A DNA stretch of 63,941 bases, filler included, from Octopus bimaculoides (lineage: Eukaryota), in the NCBI RefSeq assembly GCF_001194135.2. It is 8 parts of 8 records of this genome, joined end to end, with 100 filler letters (N's around TTAATTAATTAA, not from the genome) between each part and the next. Parts side by side here need not be neighbours in the genome. Positions count along the whole stretch, not along the records: positions 1 to 2,927 come from NW_026327255.1; positions 3,028 to 12,312 come from NC_068987.1; 6 more parts are not named here. One strand, 5' to 3'. A program made the translations under genes and the position numbers. The stretch's first letter is position 1. Every line of letters begins with the position of its first letter. The notes beneath the pieces are model-generated. The model saw only the letters and a program-made list of their open reading frames with translations, was not told where the DNA came from and ran no database searches. Positions 1 through 12,312 of this stretch are shown one piece after another.

Positions 1-48
1 ACGTTAATTTCACGAGCAGGCTGTTCCGTTGATCGGATCAACTGGAAC
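1..48 (+). mobile_element. SINE family B, 3' part
   Basis: acgttaatttcacgagcaggctgttccgttgatcggatcaactggaac matches the copies at 17893-18215 and 28742-29062. Confidence 0.8.
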
Positions 49-228
49 GTACTGTCTAATGGTATACACATATTCGCTCGTACGGTGGCACATATACTCG
101 CACACGCACGCACGCACACTTAAATCATTTGAGCTACTGGTAGAGACTAAAAGAACTGAAGCGATACTCTCTAAAATGAAGGTACGAAGACGAAGAATAT
201 TATGGAATGTCTAGCACTCAATTTTATA

Positions 229-413
229 TTCTTTTCTACTCTAGGCACAAGGCCCGAAATTTTTTGGGAGGGAACCAGTTGAATAGATCGACCCCAGTAT
301 GCAATTGGTACTTAATTTATCGACCTCCGAAAGGATGGAAGGCAAAGTCGACCTCAAAACGTAAAAACAGACGAAATACTGCTAAGCATTTCGTCCGGCG
401 TGCTAACGTTTCT
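229..413 (-). mobile_element. tRNA-derived SINE family A
   Basis: Near-identical to about 20 other copies in the window (gcacaaggcc...gaaaggcaaagtcgacctc...gctaagcatttcg). Confidence 0.85.
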
Positions 414-1523
414 TATTTCTAATAACGAGGCATATAAGCCCTCGACAGAAAAAAACAGGCTTTTCTATCCACGTGGTAGCACACTTAGTCGCGTTAACAA
501 AGGGATGTGGTTTCGTGTCCCGTTATGTCCCGCTTGTACGGTGATCGCCATAAACTTTAAACTTATACAAAATATACCATTATTATTATTTGCACACACA
601 CACTCATATATATACATATACACAAAGCGATACACATATTCATTGATATGCGCAGTTCTATAGCAACAGATATTCTCTCTTGCTATATTTAGATGCAATT
701 TAAGAGCAAACTAAACCGAGCAATGCAAGTCTTCTTCTTAGATAGCAAAAAAAAAAAAAGAAAAGTATTATCACAAAATAACAACTTAAAATAATAAGAA
801 AGTTTATCTGACAGGAGAAAATACATAAATAATATCTAAAGAATAAGAACAATTAAAATAGAAGGTGTTTGTAGATATATATATATATATATACATATAT
901 GTCGTTTTTAAGTTAATTCTGCACTTTAAGTCTTTTAGTATATATATCACTGATAAGGCCTCCGTGTTGGCTTCCTTGTGCGTTGGTGTTTTCTATTTTA
1001 CTTAAACTAACAATTAGATAAGCGGGAAATATTAATAATTTTTGTATACTTTGAAAGATATAAGAGAAAAAAACAACAACAAAAAGAAGCGGAAAAAAAT
1101 ATCAACTCCATATTGCATTTATTTATTATTATTTTTTTTGCAAGCAGATAAATATTCACAACACACGACCAAGATAGAAAAGACTACAAGCAGGGCCGAA
1201 TGGACAAAACTTGGGAAAAGACGCTGTATTTAAGCAGTCCCTATCTTTAACAGCAATAATAACTACGATGACGGCAACAATAACTACCACAACAACAATA
1301 ACAGCAGCAGCAGCAGCAGCAATGACTGTGACAATCACGTGGATAGAGATAAGTTTTATCGCACCATTTGACATTTTCAGTGGAGGATCCAACAAGGAAA
1401 AATGGCGTTTATCAAAGATTTAGTAACGCCATATGAATTTTGTCAAACCACCGATGGCATAAGCTGTGACCTTTATCATATCACAGCCAAAGTATAGATG
1501 CATAAAAACGCACAAGCGCCAAG

Positions 1524-1575
<52 letters not shown>

Positions 1576-1706
1576 NNNNNNNNNNNNNNNNNNNNNNNNN
1601 NNNNNNNNNNNNNNNNNNNNNNNNNNNNNNNNNNNNNNNNNNNNNNNNNNNNNNNNNNNNNNNNNNNNNNNNNNNNNNNNNNNNNNNNNNNNNNNNNNNN
1701 NNNNNN

Positions 1707-1766
<60 letters not shown>

Positions 1767-2511
1767 TATATATATATATACACACGTATATATATATATA
1801 TATATAAATTTATATATACATACCTATACATACACACACAGGTATATATATATATATAAGTATGTATATAAATTCAAACATNNNNNNNNNNNNNNNNNNN
1901 NNNNNNNNNNNNNNNNNNNNNNNNNNNNNNNNNNNNNNNNNNNNNNNNNNNNNNNNNNNNNNNNNNNNNNNNNNNNNNNNNNNNNNNNNNNNNNNNNNNN
2001 NNNNNNNNNNNNNNNNNNNNNNNNNNNNNNNNNNNNNNNNNNNNNNNNNNNNNNNNNNNNNNNNNNNNNNNNNNNNNNNNNNNNNNNNNNNNNNNNNNNN
2101 NNNNNNNNNNNNNNNNNNNNNNNNNNNNNNNNNNNNNNNNNNNNNNNNNNNNNNNNNNNNNNNNNNNNNNNNNNNNNNNNNNNNNNNNNNNNNNNNNNNN
2201 NNNNNNNNNNNNNNNNNNNNNNNNNNNNNNNNNNNNNNNNNNNNNNNNNNNNNNNNNNNNNNNNNNNNNNNNNNNNNNNNNNNNNNNNNNNNNNNNNNNN
2301 NNNNNNNNNNNNNNNNNNNNNNNNNNNNNNNNNNNNNNNNNNNNNNNNNNNNNNNNNNNNNNNNNNNNNNNNNNNNNNNNNNNNNNNNNNNNNNNNNNNN
2401 NNNNNNNNNNNNNNNNNNNNNNNNNNNNNNNNNNNNNNNNNNNNNNNNNNNNNNNNNNNNNNNNNNNNNNNNNNNNNNNNNNNNNNNNNNNNNNNNNNNN
2501 NNNNNNNNNNN

Positions 2512-2542
<31 letters not shown>

Positions 2543-2574
2543 ATTAATATTTCTAAGTCTCTCTAAAGGAGACT

Positions 2575-2927
2575 ATATATACACATTCATATATCTATAT
2601 ATATAAAACTCATCAAACAGGAAAAAGATCCCATTGTCTAAAAACTGATCAATGAGGAAAAGGACCCAAGGTATATTACGACACAACTTCTTTTCCTCAA
2701 CAGGCCCTACCCTGTTTAACATTGTCCCAAAACTGATGAAAGAGGAAAAGGTTACCATCACCTTTAAACGGAGTCTGGACAAATTTCTTCAAGGAATACC
2801 AGATAAGCCACATATACCTACAAGATCTCAACAAGAACTCACTACTTGAATGGACCATAAAACCACCAATTTTGACCTAAAAAGGATTTAGATAATCCTA
2901 TCAGGTGATGCTATTAAGTTAGACATG
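2575..2927 (+). mobile_element. CR1/L2-like LINE 3' fragment
   Basis: NFFSSTGPTLFNIVPK...FKRSLDKFLQGIPDKP is typical of the CR1-group ORF2 C-terminus and resembles the end of 56460-57375. Confidence 0.75.
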
Positions 2928-3027
2928 NNNNNNNNNNNNNNNNNNNNNNNNNNNNNNNNNNNNNNNNNNNNTTAATTAATTAANNNNNNNNNNNNNNNNN
3001 NNNNNNNNNNNNNNNNNNNNNNNNNNN
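2928..3027. other. Assembly gap marker N44-TTAATTAATTAA-N44 (the 12-mer recurs at 12357, 19112, 35109, 46065, 49973 and 62187)
   Basis: Identical 12-mer with stops in all six frames, isolated inside N-runs; counted as 44+12+44=100 bp here. Confidence 0.95.
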
Positions 3028-3510
<483 letters not shown>

Positions 3511-3514
3511 AGAC

Positions 3515-3703
3515 CAACAGTTTGGGGAAAGGAGAGTAAGTACATCGACCCCCAACGTTCAAATGATGCTTATTTCATCGACCCCGAAAGGGTAAAAGGC
3601 AAAGTCGACCGAAGCGGAATTTGAACTCAGAACTCAAAGACGGACGAAATGCTGCTAAGCATTTTGCCCCAGCGTGCTAACGATTCTTCCATCTCACCGC
3701 CTT
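3515..3703 (-). mobile_element. SINE family A
   Basis: B-box gagttcaaattcc on the minus strand; matches the family. Confidence 0.8.
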
Positions 3704-3721
3704 AATAATAATGATAATGAT

Positions 3722-4398
3722 AAAGTAACTGTAGAATATGTGGAGATTGACAAGAAACAATAAGTCATATTATCTCTGGCTGCCCAGTCCTGGCTAAGAA
3801 GGAATATATTCACAGACACGACAGAACTGGGACCTATATACACTGGAAGCTATGCTAACACTATGGAATAACAGCAGAAAAAAGATGGTATAAACACACG
3901 CCAGAAAAGGTCACAGAAAACGAGAAAGCAACCATACTCTGGGATATGCCAATACACACAGATAGAGAAATTAAGGCAAATAAACCAGATATAGTTGTCA
4001 AAGATCATGAAGAAAAAAAATGCTTTCTAATTGATGTATCAATACCAGCAGATGACAACGTTTCTCTAAAAGAAATGGAAAAACTTTCAAAATACAAAGA
4101 CCTGGAAATAGAGATAACTCGAATGTGGAATCTAAAAACAGAAACAATTCCTATCATAGTAGGTGCCTTAGGTATAATAAAAAAATATTCAGACAAATAC
4201 ATAACAAAAACACCAGGACTTACAAATATATATAACATACAGAAAATTGCACTACTGGACACTGCACACATCCTATGCAAAACACTTTCAATACAGTAAC
4301 CATAAGAGCATCACAGCAAACCACAGCACATACCCAAGGCACTCAGAGCTGCGCTCGGTAGTGAAGTGAAAGCACGTTATAAAAATAAAACTACTGAA
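3722..4398 (+). mobile_element. R4/Dong-like non-LTR retrotransposon, 5'-truncated 3' end (CCHC finger plus restriction-like endonuclease plus 3'UTR)
   Basis: CRICG..ETISHIISGC..HRHD zinc finger, KPDIVVKD..CFLIDVSIP..KEMEKLSKYKDL RLE motif. The 3'UTR ends aataaaactactgaa and both sides are flanked by (TAA)n. Confidence 0.9.
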
Positions 4399-4399
4399 C

Positions 4400-4446
<47 letters not shown>

Positions 4447-4525
4447 CAACAATAGCAGCACAAGCAACAACAACAACAACAACAATAACAATAAAGCAGC
4501 AAAGCAATGATAGGGGAAAACGAAC

Positions 4526-4848
4526 CTTGCTGTTTTTAGAGTTCGTTTCAACTTTATCTTGTGTAAAGATTTAACCATATTCGGTTCTGCTGAAATAGCC
4601 AGTCGTTTCGTACGTCCAGCTAATACCAAATTCTTGTGGGCAGCGGCTGCCGGTTTCAACACCGACCGGTATTTATCCAATTCGTTTTGTAATTTCCGAA
4701 TGATTTCATCTTTCTCGTCCAGATCTAATTCCAATTCATCGATCAGGAAATCTCTTTGTCTCAGCTCTTCGATTTTTTCTCTTAGAGCCAGCTGTAAATC
4801 ACGCAATGTCCCCATCTCTTCGATGTCGTAGCTCCCGTCCATTAACAT
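4526..4848 (-). CDS. PRKG1: First coding exon of cGMP-dependent protein kinase (PKG I-beta-type leucine zipper plus autoinhibitory segment)
   Basis: Translates [63 protein letters not shown]...[11 protein letters not shown]...KTA. This matches the recalled human PKG I-beta N-terminus ([22 protein letters not shown]...RTKRQAISAEP). The exon ends at the donor AG|GTTCGT (GT at 4525-4524) in phase 2, 323 nt. An in-frame stop lies upstream at 4923-4921 with no AG acceptor between it and the ATG. The remaining exons lie left of the window. Confidence 0.95.
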
Positions 4849-4856
4849 TTTCCCAT
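4842..4856 (-). promoter_or_regulatory. 4-codon uORF (ATG GGA AAA TGT TAA) overlapping the PKG start region
   Basis: Context CAACATGG. It is out of frame with the PKG ATG at 4848, and its TAA shares a base with the in-frame ATG at 4842-4840. Confidence 0.6.
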
Positions 4857-6644
4857 GTTGATGATTATAATAGTGGTGGCAACGATGATGATGATGATGA
4901 TGATGGTGATGCGAATGTAATTATGTTTGATAAAACGTTTGATGCTATTCCTTCGGTTGTTGCTTTTTAATGAGGGAAATAAGTTATTCGTTAACTTTCG
5001 TTGTCGATATTATTGTTGTAGTACGGTGATATAAGCAATATAGTTTCGTCAATAATGGTTAATGATAATAATAATACTGATAAGAAAAAAATAATAATAA
5101 ATGATAACCGATTAGGATAACACTGATGATGATGATGATGATGATGATGACGATGACGATAACAATGATGATGATGATGATGATGATGACGGTGATGATG
5201 ATGATGACGTAGATGATGATGGTGATGATGGTGATGACAGCGATGATGCAAATTTCATTTTCGCGAACAGTTAAATTATAAATTAATTCACAATAAAATT
5301 CAACTTAAATTCCGAAGGAAAGAATACAAAAAACAAAAACAAAACAAAACAAAACAGTTCTGGCGTTTGTTACTACTTTGGTGGTGGTGGTGGTGGTGGT
5401 AGTAGTAGTAGCAGCAGCAACAGCAACAACAACAGTAGTAGTAGCAGCAGCGACGTTGTGGTAATTAACTTGGGTGTGAGTAAATTCTCTTTTTTGCTTC
5501 CACCCTCACTGATTAGAGTAATGAGGGGATCATAGACCCTGCTTAACTATGGATCGGGTAGCTCCACTACCTTCATATATACATCAAAATATTTTTTGTT
5601 ATCCAAAGGAGATGTAGCTATCACTTCTAGCGTTTTCTTTAACTCGTTAAAAGTTACCATTAAGTCCATTCTTTCTTGAATTTTTAACGAGAAGAATTAT
5701 TCCCGAAAAGCTGCAACACGAAGAATCTATTTCGTCTTTTGGTTCGGCAAAACAAGAATTATGATTTTGGGGTTATTTTTTTTCCGTGTGGTTACCAGTT
5801 TCTTGTTTTTGTTTGGCATTTTTTAGTGTTCTTTAGTCTCTTCTCTCTCTTTTTCCTCTCGCTGTATTTTGATATCCAAGATAACACCAACTTCATTTAG
5901 GTTTTAGGATACATTCCTAAATAATCTTTCTTGGATATAATCAATTAGTTAATTGGCTAATTATTTTCCCGTTGGCTGTTAATACATAAGAACATACACA
6001 TACACACACACACAAACAAATATATATATATATATGTGTGTGCGTGTGTATGAGTGAGTGCGCGCGCTTATATGTGTGTGTGTATGCGTGTGTGAATATA
6101 TATATNNNNNNNNNNNNNNNNNNNNNNNNNNNNNNNNNNNNNNNNNNNNNNNNNNNNNNNNNNNNNNNNNNNNNNNNNNNNNNNNNNNNNNNNNNNNNNN
6201 NNNNNNNNNNNNNNNNNNNNNNNNNNNNNNNNNNNNNNNNNNNNNNNNNNNNNNNNNNNNNNNNNNNNNNNNNNNNNNNNNNNNNNNNNNNNNNNNNNNN
6301 NNNNNNNNNNNNNNNNNNNNNNNNNNNNNNNNNNNNNNNNNNNNNNNNNNNNNNNNNNNNNNNNNNNNNNNNNNTAGTAACTTTTGTATTAGTAACGGTG
6401 GAACTGGTGGCAGTAACAGGAACATATGCCATTCAAGAGAAAGAGAACGCGTATTTTAGAAGTTTGGTCAAACAATGGAGTAATATTTTCTTGAACAGTT
6501 TCTGAAACTGTTGAAATTGAATTCCTCTGAGAAACTTCCTTATCTTCCAAAAGAGCTTTGTAGTGTCTGCTTGGAAGACTTTTCTCTATAATCGTAATCA
6601 CAACACCGTTATTCCGTAAATAAGTGGAAGTTAAGAACTAGTGT

Positions 6645-6680
<36 letters not shown>

Positions 6681-7349
6681 TGTGTGTGTGCGCGCATATA
6701 TATATGTATGTATGTGTGTGCATGTTTATGTGTTTGTGTGTGTACATGTGTGTGAAACGGAAAGAGAGAGAGAGAGAGAGAAAATGATAGAGAGAAAGAG
6801 AAAGAGAGTGACAGAGAGAAAGACAAGCAGAAAGATAACGCCCCAAAACACACATAACACACCAACACATACACACCAACACATACACACACACACACAC
6901 TAACACATACATATATGTGTGTGTGTCAGTATGTATCTATATATGTACGTATGTATACTTGTATGTATGCATGTATTCATGTAAGTACGTATGTACATAC
7001 TATATACGTACGTACGTACGTATGTATGTATGTATGTATGAATGCATGCATATATGTATGTATGAATCAGTGGAATGGACTAAGAGTCGGTATATTTTTA
7101 CCGACTCTGACTAAATCTGTAACATTTCTTATTTCACAGATACTGACTTAGCTATCTTCTGCGCGGAAAATAAATCAGATTTAATGTTTTCTATGAAGGA
7201 GAGTCAGTTAGAAGTATTACTGCTTCTAATAAGATATCTCTGAATTTGGCTTTGGGACCTATGATTTAATCCTTATTCCATAGACACAGTCGTTTCTTTA
7301 ATCAATTTTGTAAGGCTAAACATTTCAGTATTTTACAATATTACCCCTT

Positions 7350-7537
7350 ACACCAGGAAGTTCAGGGTAGGGGGTAAATTCGATCACATTAACCACAGTG
7401 TTCAACTGGTACTTATTTCATTGACTCCGAAAAGATGAAAGGCAAAGTCGACCTCGGCGGAATTTGAACTCAGAACGTCAAGACGGATGCAATGCAGCTA
7501 AGCATTTTGTCCGGCGTGCTAACGATTCTGCCAGCTT
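7350..7537 (-). mobile_element. SINE family A
   Basis: gaaaggcaaagtcgacctcggcggaatttgaactcagaacg core. Confidence 0.8.
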
Positions 7538-7549
7538 AGTATTTTACCA

Positions 7550-7718
7550 TACTGGCATAGCTGTGTGGTTAAGAAGCTCGCTTTGCGAACACGTGGTTTC
7601 AGGTTCAGTCCTATTGCGCGGCATTTTAGACAAGTGTCGCTATTATAGCTCCGGGCAAATCACTGGCTTGTGAGAGAATTTGGTAGAAGGAAGCTGTGCG
7701 ACAGGTAGTCGTATGCGT

Positions 7719-7766
<48 letters not shown>

Positions 7767-7985
7767 GTGTGCGTGCGCGCATGTGCTTGTCTCTGCCCCA
7801 CCGCAAGGCTCGACCACCGTGTTTGGTTTGCTTACGGTCCTATAACACTAGCGATTCGACAAAAGATTCCGATAAAATAAGTTTCAGACCTAAAAATAAT
7901 TACTGAGGCCAATTTGTTTGATTAAACACTTCATGGCTGCGCCTCAGCGTGGCTGCAGTCCAATGACCGAAACAAATAAAGAACA
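7550..7985 (+). mobile_element. tRNA-derived SINE family C with internal (GT)n
   Basis: Head gctgtgtggttaagaagc...ggttcagtcc, internal GT run, tail gctgcagtccaatgaccgaaacaaataaa. Confidence 0.8.
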
Positions 7986-9716
7986 GTAAGAAAAGATAGT
8001 ATAATTTTCATTCCATTTAAAAAAATGTTTTNNNNNNNNNNNNNNNNNNNNNNNNNNNNNNNNNNNNNNNNNNNNNNNNNNNNNNNNNNNNNNNNNNNNN
8101 NNNNNNNNNNNNNNNNNNNNNNNNNNNNNNNNNNNNNNNNNNNNNNNNNNNNNNNNNNNNNNNNNNNNNNNNNNNNNNNNNNNNNNNNNNNNNNNNNNNN
8201 NNNNNNNNNNNNNNNNNNNNNNNNNNNNNNNNNNNNNNNNAATACTTTATTTCTTTTATATCCTGTTGCTCCATAGTCTTTTAATAAAACAAGCTTTTAT
8301 TTTGTTTTAGTCTTGTTAATTTTGTTATACGCTAAATTGTTCGTAACTTCTTTAATAAATAATATAGTTATAGCCTTCAAACCTAAACATTAACAGATTA
8401 AAGTGCTATTACAATGAGACTCTTATAGCCAGCGGGTTTAAAGACCATAATACCTATATGCTTAGCCTTAACAATCACAAGAGAAAGCGCCAGCGTTAAT
8501 TCTTCTTCTTTGCCCGCCTTTTCACTCAACGTGAAAACCTACATAAGAAGGGCCTTACTTTGATTAGTGGATAAGCAGCCTCATAAGAATAGGGCGTTAT
8601 TCAACAGACATAATTGAAAGGTCTCGTTTAGTGTCTAGTATAAAGAAAATAAAAGCAAACGCCCCAAAGCACTACGAAGAGAGAGGATGCTCGTGTAGGG
8701 TTAACAGTGAGTGCCCAGTGAATGATCGATATAATACTGAGGCTGTGGCCCATGAAGCTAAGGTGGTGTTGTTGAACAACAGCAACAACAATGGAGGAAC
8801 ACACAGACAAATATTGAGCAACGGAGAGCTTCTTTAAGGCCAGGCTAAATAATTGCAAGTCCTCTTTTTGAATTCAAGAGAAGCGCAATGTTAAAGCATT
8901 AGCTATAAATATAAGGCTGTAAAAGGAAGGAACGCCGTACAAAAACAACTGGAAACTGCTGGAACAACCTCGGTCATAGCTGGATAGAAGTAGACGTTGC
9001 AAATTTACTTGGCCGAAGGAGAATAATTCTAAAGAATTCACATGATCCGGGTACCTTCCAGAACACTAAAGGTGAAACATTTAGTCGTTGTCCTCATGAT
9101 GGAAAATTTGTTTTGGCAACGTCGTCGTCTCCATTTTCGCACTGGAAAACGGAAAATATGTATGCAGGCATGCGCCCCCTCCCCTACTTTTCGGCCAAAG
9201 CTGACATTGTACCATGGGAGAAAACTCTTCTTTCTCTTATAGGAAATGTTAACTTTTCATTATCTTTTTCATTCAGCTTTTCATCACCGCCGAGTGAACC
9301 AGGACTGTGCATTCCAGTATGTGTGTGTGTGTGCGCGCGCGCGAGTGTGTGTGTACCTGTGTGTTTCAGTATGTCTGTACACACATATGTACACATCAGC
9401 CACTGGCTGAGACTGTTGATATCTCACTGGCAACGTGTTTTTTCTTTTTCCATATTCCTTAGGATCACCTATCTTCCGATATATGACGGTACTTTATTTA
9501 TATATTGTCACCAATAGAACCAGTTGATTGGTTATACGAATCAGCTAGGTTATTTGGAATTACATACTTACTGCAAGCAGTCGGCTGTGAGACATTCACT
9601 GTTTCATATAGTAATTAATAATGTAGGGGCACTACGGGAGACACTTCTGAGTGAAGAAGTTAAATACAAGTGGATGAATGTCTTGCCACACATGATCTTA
9701 TGATATTAGTTTAAAA

Positions 9717-9923
9717 TTTTAGCACAAAGCTAGCAATTTCCGGGCAGGGGGAAAGTCGTTTACATCGACGCCAGTACTCAACTGGTACTTATTTTATCGA
9801 CTCCGAAACGTTGAAAAGGCAAGGTCGGCCTTGGCGGAGTTTGAACTCAAAACGTAAAGCCGGACGAAATGTCGCTAAGGATTTTTCCCAGCGTGTTAAC
9901 GATTCTGCGAGCACGCCGCCTTA
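9717..9923 (-). mobile_element. SINE family A
   Basis: Full family match including the head aaggcggcgtgctcgcagaatcgttaac. Confidence 0.8.
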
Positions 9924-10829
9924 CATGATCTCATAATATTGCTGCGATTACCATATAACTAAAAACTCAATTGGAATCCGCAAGTTGTAATTTTGAAGTC
10001 TTAAACTGGGATTTACAGATAACGATTTAATTCACAGGCAGAACATTTTAACAACAGCAAGATCTATTCTAAAAACCTGTAGATATATAGGTAGATAAGA
10101 GAGGTGGACAGGAAGATTGAATACTGAAGTGAATGAAGTGACAGGTGTATAAATTTATAGATTGAATGAAATGAAGAAAAAGGAAAAGAAAAGAAAAACA
10201 AGAAAAACCGAATCCTTATTGATTAGTGGATAAGTGGCGAATCGTTTAACCGTTTGCCAGTCTAAAGAATGTTAATAAGTTTGTCTTGAATGTCCATGCA
10301 TGTTTTCAGACTTTTAAATATTCCTTGTTTCATACAGCTTTCATTTCATAAATCCCAAGTTATTTTGGTGCTGAAAAATAAATTGGCTATGTGTACCATA
10401 TTCGATGCATGGACGTCAGGGAACTATATCGTGTATATTATATGTGATACATAGGACAGGCAAAGGGCTAAGATTCCAGTTGAAATCAGGAAACGCAGTC
10501 AATACCTATCACATAACAACAACTATATTCAAGATTCACGCTGTCCACTTGAATCTGGGGACCTATCGTCAGACTGTGTTCGACTGATACGTTTGAAAAC
10601 CAACGTTGTGTATAAAATTGCTTGCATGTATAGAGAATATTATCTTGAATCTGCCACATATCAGCACCATCACAGTATGTCTGAACATTTGCTACAAAAC
10701 CACGTAACCCAGCGAAGAGTGACGCACTGAAGAAATATATTAACACAGATCTTATTGGGGGGCATACATACCATGAACCTTGAAGCAAAACCGATCATGA
10801 ATCGCTAAAGCAAGTTGGACAATTTGGAA

Positions 10830-10860
<31 letters not shown>

Positions 10861-10896
10861 TGTATGTATGTACGTATGTACGTACGTATGTATGTA

Positions 10897-11000
10897 TTCA
10901 GTTTATTTCAAGATTTTTTGCCAATAGAGAAAGAACCGGTTTCTAACCTAGATCCAAGGCTCCTTCATTGGAATTTCAACATCAACAACAGGGTATTTTT
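10897..11000 (-). mobile_element. About 100-bp unit embedded in (TATG)n; probable retroelement 3' end
   Basis: The minus strand ends ...gaAATAAActgaa-(tacа)n style tail and the unit is flanked on both sides by TATG runs. Confidence 0.45.
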
Positions 11001-11031
11001 GTATGTATGTATGTATGTATGTACGCATGTA

Positions 11032-11115
<84 letters not shown>

Positions 11116-12084
11116 ATCTGTCTATCTTATCTATCTATCTATTTTGATGTCAGTGTCCGACTTCGCGATTTACTAAGTTATCAATGAAAAAGCTAACAAA
11201 CAAACAGCACTCCCGGTGATGGATTACCTCATCAGGCGTATTTTTGATACTGACTGAGCATAAATAAGTTATCCAAGCAACAAGTGTCAAAGTCTGTAGC
11301 TATTTCCGAATTAGTTTAAATTAATTAATGGTAACATGCCATTTAATGTATTTATCTATACATACATTACATGCTATACCATATATAATGTACATACGTG
11401 AGTGTGTGTTTGTGTGGGCGTGTGTGTGTGTTGTTTAACGCATACAAATGTAGAAAGCTCGTGAGAACGTAAAATAATTTTTAAAGTGTTGTGTCGACGC
11501 CCCCAGGAGAAGAAGTAGGATCTCCCAAGACATAAAATAGAGGTAGTCTGGCTGTGGTAGGTGCGTTGAGTAGCAGTCGAGTAGCAGTTGTGTAGCGGTT
11601 GAGTAGAGATAATCTGAAGGTGCTAGACAGCAGTAGCTTGAGACATAACAAAAAGTGAACTCGAAATAGACAAAGGTGTAAATGATATCGTAAATATTGG
11701 TTAAAAAATCCCTTTGGATAGGAAAGGTCGAAGGCTACTTGGGGGACACGAATCCATGTCTTTTGCGAATGTATGTATGTATGTATGTATGTATGTATGA
11801 ACGTATGTATGTATGTAAGTATGTATGTATGTATGTATGTGGATTGTTGGCGATTTTTTTCCCTTCGTCTTCCTTTTCTCATGGACTTTATTCTGTCGTC
11901 TGTTTCTGAAGGAGAGCTTTGCTCGAAACATAAAAAAAAAACTTTCTTACCTTCCTTGAGCGTATTATTAATACTTTGCATATACCACGTCCACGCGTTG
12001 TTGTTTTTCTTCTGTTTTTTCTTCGTTTTTTTTTGGGTGGGGGGATTAACTATATATATACATATATATATATATATTGATTTT

Positions 12085-12312
12085 CTTTTATTTGTTTTCA
12101 GTCATTTGACTGTGGCCCTGCTGGAGCACAGCCTTTACTCGAACAAATCGACCCCAGAACTTATTCTTTGTAAGCCTAATACTTATTCTATCGAGCTCTT
12201 TTGCCAAACCGCTAAGTTACAGGGACATAAACACACCAGCATCGGTTGTCAAGCGATGTTGGGGGGGAGACAAACAGACACACAAACACACACACACACA
12301 CACACACACACA
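12085..12312 (-). mobile_element. SINE family C, 3' half
   Basis: ttcagtcatttgactgtggccctgctggagcac...gctaagttacagggacataaacacaccagc; runs into a gap. Confidence 0.8.

Noticed and set aside
1420-2566. Long ORFs here and at about 13516-14599, 22242-22958, 50261-51124, 53951-54912 and 59710-60490
   Set aside because: They are made of X (N-gaps) and dinucleotide YI/CV/TH repeats.
2972-2983. TTAATTAATTAA recurring seven times, resembling a regularly spaced motif
   Set aside because: Always isolated within N-runs with all-frame stops: a scaffolding gap marker, not biology.
4288-4525. Poly-Leu C-terminal half of ORF 4288-4848
   Set aside because: Read-through into the intron past the phase-2 donor; it encodes (TTA)n microsatellite and a LINE 3'UTR.
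6389-6601. 70-aa minus-strand ORF and 19-bp palindrome (6494-6512)
   Set aside because: No ATG start, no good splice sites and no recognisable homology; a short palindrome in AT-rich DNA is weak evidence.
11229-11235. CTGATGA on the minus strand followed by a short stem
   Set aside because: No GAAA after the stem (gggag instead), so not a hammerhead.
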